DNA of 64,000 nt from contig CAVRIE010000009.1 of NCBI GenBank assembly GCA_963721165.1, positions 19,800-83,799 on the forward strand, given 5' to 3'. The stretch is from an uncultured Actinomycetota bacterium (GTDB lineage: Bacteria; Actinomycetota; Actinomycetes; Propionibacteriales; Nocardioidaceae). Made by a program: the position numbers and the translations under genes. The first letter of the stretch is position 1. The number at the start of each line of letters is the position of its first letter. The notes beneath the pieces were generated by a model that worked only from the letters and a program-made list of their open reading frames with translations, ran no database searches and was not told the origin of the DNA. Below are positions 59,964 to 64,000 of the stretch, piece by piece.

Positions 59964-61457
59964 TCAGCGGTCCTTGCTGGTGGCGATCGCGAGATAGGAG
60001 TACGACGGTCCGCGCCCGTCTCGTGGGCTGAGCGCGGGGCAGCCGCGGCGGAGGTCCTCGCAGCGCACCCGGCGTCCACCGTCGTGCCCGAGGTCGAGCC
60101 GCGACCGGTAGTAGAAGCTGTAGACGTTCCCGTCGCCGTCCGGGTCGACCGACGCCTCGATGCCGTCCCGGCGCCACCGGTCGGTGAGGAGGCGACGCTG
60201 CGCGCGCCGGTCACCCTTGACGTACCTGTCGAACCACGCGGTGGTGTACCACGACGAGGCGTCGATCCCGCGCAGCGTCGCCCCGAAGACGGGCATCGGC
60301 AGGTAGGACCACTCGTAGTGCGTGCCGCCGCGGATCACGATCTCGCCGGTGTCGACGCCGGCCTTCGAGAACGCGTAGGACGCCCTCGCCTTGTCGCGGG
60401 GGTCGGGCTCGGTGGTGAAGGGCGTGGGTGTGAGGAAGTAGTCGGCCGAGAGACCGAGCGAGGGCACGCGCAGCCGCGGCTTCCCGAGCCCGCCGGTGCC
60501 GCAGCCGCCGTCGCCGGAGCCGGGCGTGCTGGACGGACGGCTCGCGTCGCACAGGTTGTCCCAGGCCACGACCGCGTCGACCCGGCGGTCCTGCTGGCCG
60601 ACCCAGCTCACTCCGCTGGCGCCGAACGAGTGGCCGGCGAGGCCGATCCGGGTCCGGTCGACGAGACGCCAGAACGGGTTGTGGTGTGTGGCGAGGCCGT
60701 CGGCGACGCGCTGCTTCTGCTTGTCGCAGTGGCTGGTGCCGGAGCGGCTCGGCCGCGGGCAGTACGGCTTGCCCGGTCGCGAGAGCGCGAAGTCGATGGA
60801 GTCCTGGGTGTGGTCGAAGAAGGTCACTCCGGTGCTCTGCGACGGGAAGCCCTCACCGGCGTCCGCCCCCTCGCCGAAGGTGTCCGAGCGGCCCTGCATC
60901 TGCGGGTCGCGCGTGAGCACGACGTAGCCGGCCTTGGCGAGGGTCTGGGCCGCCCACCAGTACAGCTCCTCGCTGGCCTGCACCGAGCCGTTGGTGATCA
61001 CGACCAGCGGCCGCTTCGCGGGCCCTGCCTTGGTCGCCCAGACGTGTCCGGCCATCGTCGAGCCGTTGCGCGCGACGAAGTGCACCGGCTTCACCATCCC
61101 GTAGCCGCGGTCGGCCCAGTGCGCGAGCCGGGTGTCGCCGCCACAGGCCAGCGCCTTCGACCAGCACAGGTCGGTGACGAAGAGCCGGCCCGGGTCGGTG
61201 GCCTGCTCGACGACGCCCCCGGAGAACGAGCCGGCGCCCTGGGTCGCCTGGTCCGCCAGGGCTCTGGGGGTCAGGTAGTCCGAGGCGCGCTCGCCCTGCT
61301 TGCTGTAGTTCGCCGCCTCCCGCGCGGGGTCCACCGGGTCGCCCTCGGCGCCGCGCGCCGGGTTGGCCAGCATCGTCGGCAACGCGAGCAGAGCCGCGAG
61401 CAGGGCGGCCAGCAGCGCGACGAGCAGGTTGCTGACGGTCGTGGGGAGGCGGCGCAT
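59964..61457 (-). CDS. Secreted alpha/beta hydrolase
   Basis: Signal peptide; GLAGHSFGAS nucleophile elbow; GGTHYEW. Confidence 0.8.
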   Translation of the reverse strand: MRRLPTTVSNLLVALLAALLAALLALPTMLANPARGAEGDPVDPAREAANYSKQGERASDYLTPRALADQATQGAGSFSGGVVEQATDPGRLFVTDLCWSKALACGGDTRLAHWADRGYGMVKPVHFVARNGSTMAGHVWATKAGPAKRPLVVITNGSVQASEELYWWAAQTLAKAGYVVLTRDPQMQGRSDTFGEGADAGEGFPSQSTGVTFFDHTQDSIDFALSRPGKPYCPRPSRSGTSHCDKQKQRVADGLATHHNPFWRLVDRTRIGLAGHSFGASGVSWVGQQDRRVDAVVAWDNLCDASRPSSTPGSGDGGCGTGGLGKPRLRVPSLGLSADYFLTPTPFTTEPDPRDKARASYAFSKAGVDTGEIVIRGGTHYEWSYLPMPVFGATLRGIDASSWYTTAWFDRYVKGDRRAQRRLLTDRWRRDGIEASVDPDGDGNVYSFYYRSRLDLGHDGGRRVRCEDLRRGCPALSPRDGRGPSYSYLAIATSKDR

Positions 61458-61487
61458 GTCGTACCCAACGAGGCACCGCGGAGGGCG

Positions 61488-62223
61488 TTACCCCTTGTGC
61501 AGCAGCCGTTCGGCCAGCGAGACGTCCTCGGGGAAGGTGATCTTGATGTTCGTCGCGGGGCTCGGCACGCAGTGGATCGCGAGGTCGGTGTACGCCTCGA
61601 TGCAGCTCGCCGTGTCGGTGCCGGTGAACCCGTCCCGGTCGGCGTCCCGATAGGCCTCGAGGAGCGGTCCCGCCCGGAACGCCTGCGGTGTCTGTACGGC
61701 GACCAGCTCGCTGTCCCGGGACTCGCCGGACCGTCGCGGGACGAGCGACCGCTGTGCTCGCACGGGAAGGGCCCCGCCGTGCTCGTGCGCGCTCCGGATC
61801 ACCGCCTCGAACAGGTCCACCTCCGCGAGCGGGCGCGCGGTGTCGTGGATCGCGACGACGTCGACCTCCCCGGCATCGACAGCGCCGGCCACGGCCTGCA
61901 GGGCGTTCCACTCCGACCCGTGGCGGGTGCTTCCGCCCGGCACGATCCAGACCTGTGCGCCGGGAAACCGCGCCGCGAGCTGCTCGAGCCCGCGGTCGAT
62001 CTCGGCGCGGTCCTCGGGGCGGATCACGAGCACGACGTGCGTGACCCCGGGCAGCTCGAACGCGCGACGCAGCGACCAGGTGAACACGGGCTCGCCGAGG
62101 AGGGGGAGCAGCACCTTGTTCGTCCCGGCCCCGACCCGGCGGCCCTCACCCGCGGCGAGCAGCACGACCGCCGTACGCGGGAGGTCGGATGCGGAAGGCG
62201 CTGGGCTCGCGGGACTGAGTCAC
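61488..62223 (-). CDS. ispD: 2-C-methyl-D-erythritol 4-phosphate cytidylyltransferase; probable start GTG 62223 with a frameshift (ORF track 61488..62165)
   Basis: LLAAGEGRR..NKVLL, GGSTRHGSE, IHDTARP, VQTPQAF, GTDTAS, NIKITFPED. Confidence 0.85.
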
Positions 62224-62241
62224 GCCGCACACCGTATCCGT

Positions 62242-63051
62242 TCAGGCGGCTGCGCCGACCTCGCGCCAGAACGAGTCGACGAGGGCGTTCCACTCGTCCG
62301 GCACCTCCTGGAACGGCTGGTGGGACTCCTCCTGCAGCACCTCGAAGCGGGCGCCGGGGATGCGCTCCGCGACAGCGCGGCAGAGCTCGGGCCGGCTGGT
62401 CGGGTCACGGCCCCCGGCGAGCACCAGCGTGGGCGCGGTGATCTGCGGGAGGCGGTCGCTCGTGTCGTGCTCCATGAAGGCGTCGAGGAAGCGCTGGAGG
62501 TCCTCGGTGCTCTGCTTGTGGGGGAAGGCGAGGACCTCCTCGATGATCTGGTCGACGGTCCCGTCGTTGTGGGCGCGTGCGGTGTAGATCCACAGGAAGA
62601 AGGACTCGAGGAACGCGCGCTCGCTCGGCGCGGACTCGGCGAGCCAGCGCACGAAGCTCCCCCACGAGCGGAGGAAGGGGTCCGGAGCGGGCCAGGTGCT
62701 CTGCAGGACGAGGCTGCGGACCCTGTCGGGATGCCGAAGGGCCAGCTCCTGGGCGATGATGCTCCCGCCGGAGAACCCGGCGACGTGGGCCGCGGGCACG
62801 CCGACGGCCCCGAGGACCTCCGCCGCGTCGTCCGCCATCTGCTCCACCGTGACCGGCCCGCTCGGCATGGCGGTCCGACCCGCGCCACGGTTGTCGAAGG
62901 CGGTCAGGCGGTACCGGTCGGCCAGCCCGTCCAGCTGGAACTGCCAGGACTCGACGGTGTCACCGAGCCCGCCGATCAGGAGGACGTCCGGTCCCTCACC
63001 GACCTGCTCCACCCAGATGTCCAGGTCTCCCGCGCGCACATGCTCACCCAT
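62242..63051 (-). CDS. Alpha/beta hydrolase (Abhydrolase_1)
   Basis: FDNRGAGRT, HVAGFSGGSI, LAGGRD, SHQPF. Confidence 0.9.
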   Translation of the reverse strand: MGEHVRAGDLDIWVEQVGEGPDVLLIGGLGDTVESWQFQLDGLADRYRLTAFDNRGAGRTAMPSGPVTVEQMADDAAEVLGAVGVPAAHVAGFSGGSIIAQELALRHPDRVRSLVLQSTWPAPDPFLRSWGSFVRWLAESAPSERAFLESFFLWIYTARAHNDGTVDQIIEEVLAFPHKQSTEDLQRFLDAFMEHDTSDRLPQITAPTLVLAGGRDPTSRPELCRAVAERIPGARFEVLQEESHQPFQEVPDEWNALVDSFWREVGAAA

Positions 63052-63138
63052 CCGTCAACGGTGCCCCGCTCGATCTGGGCGTCGCAATGGTCCATGCGCG
63101 CGGTCTCACAGGGCCCGTTGTGAGGAAGTGAGGAGAAG

Positions 63139-63192
63139 TTGACCTCGCGGGCACATCGGCACAGCGCCGGCGAAACACCGGGTTCCTAGCGT
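63139..63192 (+). promoter_or_regulatory. Possible GlnR sites + -10 (TAGCGT) of narK
   Basis: ttgAC-N6-ggcAC-N6-acaGC-N6-gaaAC 11-bp phasing (3 of 4 AC); TAGCGT at 63187-63192. Confidence 0.4.
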
Positions 63193-63278
63193 CAGGGCCA
63201 CTGAACACGCAGGCCCGGAGGCCGCACGACGGGGTGCGGCTCCGGGCCTGCTCCTGCCGAACATCTCAGGAGCCCGCC

Positions 63279-64000
63279 ATGACCGTCGCCGAGACCCCGA
63301 CCGGAACCCCGCCCTCCCCGCCGACCACCGACACCGGGAGCCCTCGCCGCGGAGGAAGGTGGATCGAGCACTGGGAGCCCGAGGACCAGGCGTTCTGGGA
63401 CGGCGGAGGCCAGAAGGTCGCCCGGCGCAACCTCGTGTGGTCGATCCTGGCCGAGCACATCGGGTTCTCCGTCTGGATGCTGTGGAGCGTCAGCGTGGTG
63501 TACCTGGTGCAGGCCGGCTTCGACTTCACCGTCGACCAGCTGTTCTGGCTGGCCGCGATCCCGAGCCTGGTGGGGGCGACGATGCGCTTCCCCTACACGT
63601 TCGCGGTGGCCCGCTTCGGCGGCCGCAACTGGACCGTGGTGAGCGCGTCGCTGCTGCTCGTGCCCTGCGCGTTGCTGGTGGTGTGCGTGTCGAACCCCGC
63701 GACGCCGTACTGGATGTTCGTGCTCGCGGCGGTCACCGCCGGCCTCGGTGGCGGCAACTTCGCCTCGAGCATGGCGAACATCTCCTACTTCTACCCGGAC
63801 GCCAAGAAGGGCTGGGCCCTCGGCCTGAACGCCGCCGGCGGCAACATCGGCGTGAGCACGGTGCAGTTCATCACCCCGATCATCGTGGGCGTGAGCGTCG
63901 TCGGGGTCTCGACAAGCTCGACCACCGGTCCGGGCTCGACCGCCGGTGGGCCGAACCTCGAGAACGTCGCGCTCGTGTGGGCGCCGCTCGCCGTCGTGGC
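63279..64000 (+). CDS. narK: NarK/NasA-family nitrate/nitrite MFS transporter, truncated by window edge
   Basis: WEPEDQAFW, ARRNL..S..AEHIGFSVW, RFPYTF, FGGR, GGGNFASSMANISYFYP..KKGWALGLNAAGGNIG. Confidence 0.93.
   Translation, partial: MTVAETPTGTPPSPPTTDTGSPRRGGRWIEHWEPEDQAFWDGGGQKVARRNLVWSILAEHIGFSVWMLWSVSVVYLVQAGFDFTVDQLFWLAAIPSLVGATMRFPYTFAVARFGGRNWTVVSASLLLVPCALLVVCVSNPATPYWMFVLAAVTAGLGGGNFASSMANISYFYPDAKKGWALGLNAAGGNIGVSTVQFITPIIVGVSVVGVSTSSTTGPGSTAGGPNLENVALVWAPLAVV
63905..63928 (+). repeat. REP-like element GGTCTCGACAAGCTCGACCACCGG, in-frame inside narK
   Basis: Encodes VSTSSTTG; same family as 10402-10434. Confidence 0.7.

Overview
High-GC actinobacterial chromosome segment. Gene order (XRE regulator-hbhA-DUF2516; mshA-ybjN; regX3-senX3/phoU; gpmA; carD-ispD) and repeat style suggest Nocardioidaceae, which is an inference. 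Contents: (i) HBHA locus, orphan sugar transferase, bacterial topoisomerase IB, a DUF222-HNH gene with both a LexA box and a RecA-NDp/PafBC-type promoter, and a macrodomain; (ii) a tandem pair of paralogous, sortase-type anchored repeat proteins, one Cys-rich and one His/Trp/acid-rich; (iii) about 25 kb of acyl-CoA/lipid catabolism genes with a TetR operator pair, a phosphotransferase-ACAD pair and a HAAT-family ABC transporter; (iv) an orphan type VII (WXG100) effector island; (v) two DUF559-type nuclease genes, each flanked by its own related repeat family and sharing an upstream motif, with one repeat family also inserted in-frame in an acyl-CoA dehydrogenase; (vi) an iron-boxed adenylation-carrier-membrane acyltransferase gene; (vii) housekeeping genes (typA, mshA, regX3/senX3/phoU, gpmA, carD, ispD) and the start of a NarK transporter. 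About 30 single-base frameshifts, including one in typA, most likely reflect long-read consensus errors, so frameshifted genes are reported as CDS. No tRNA, rRNA, CRISPR array or integrase was found.
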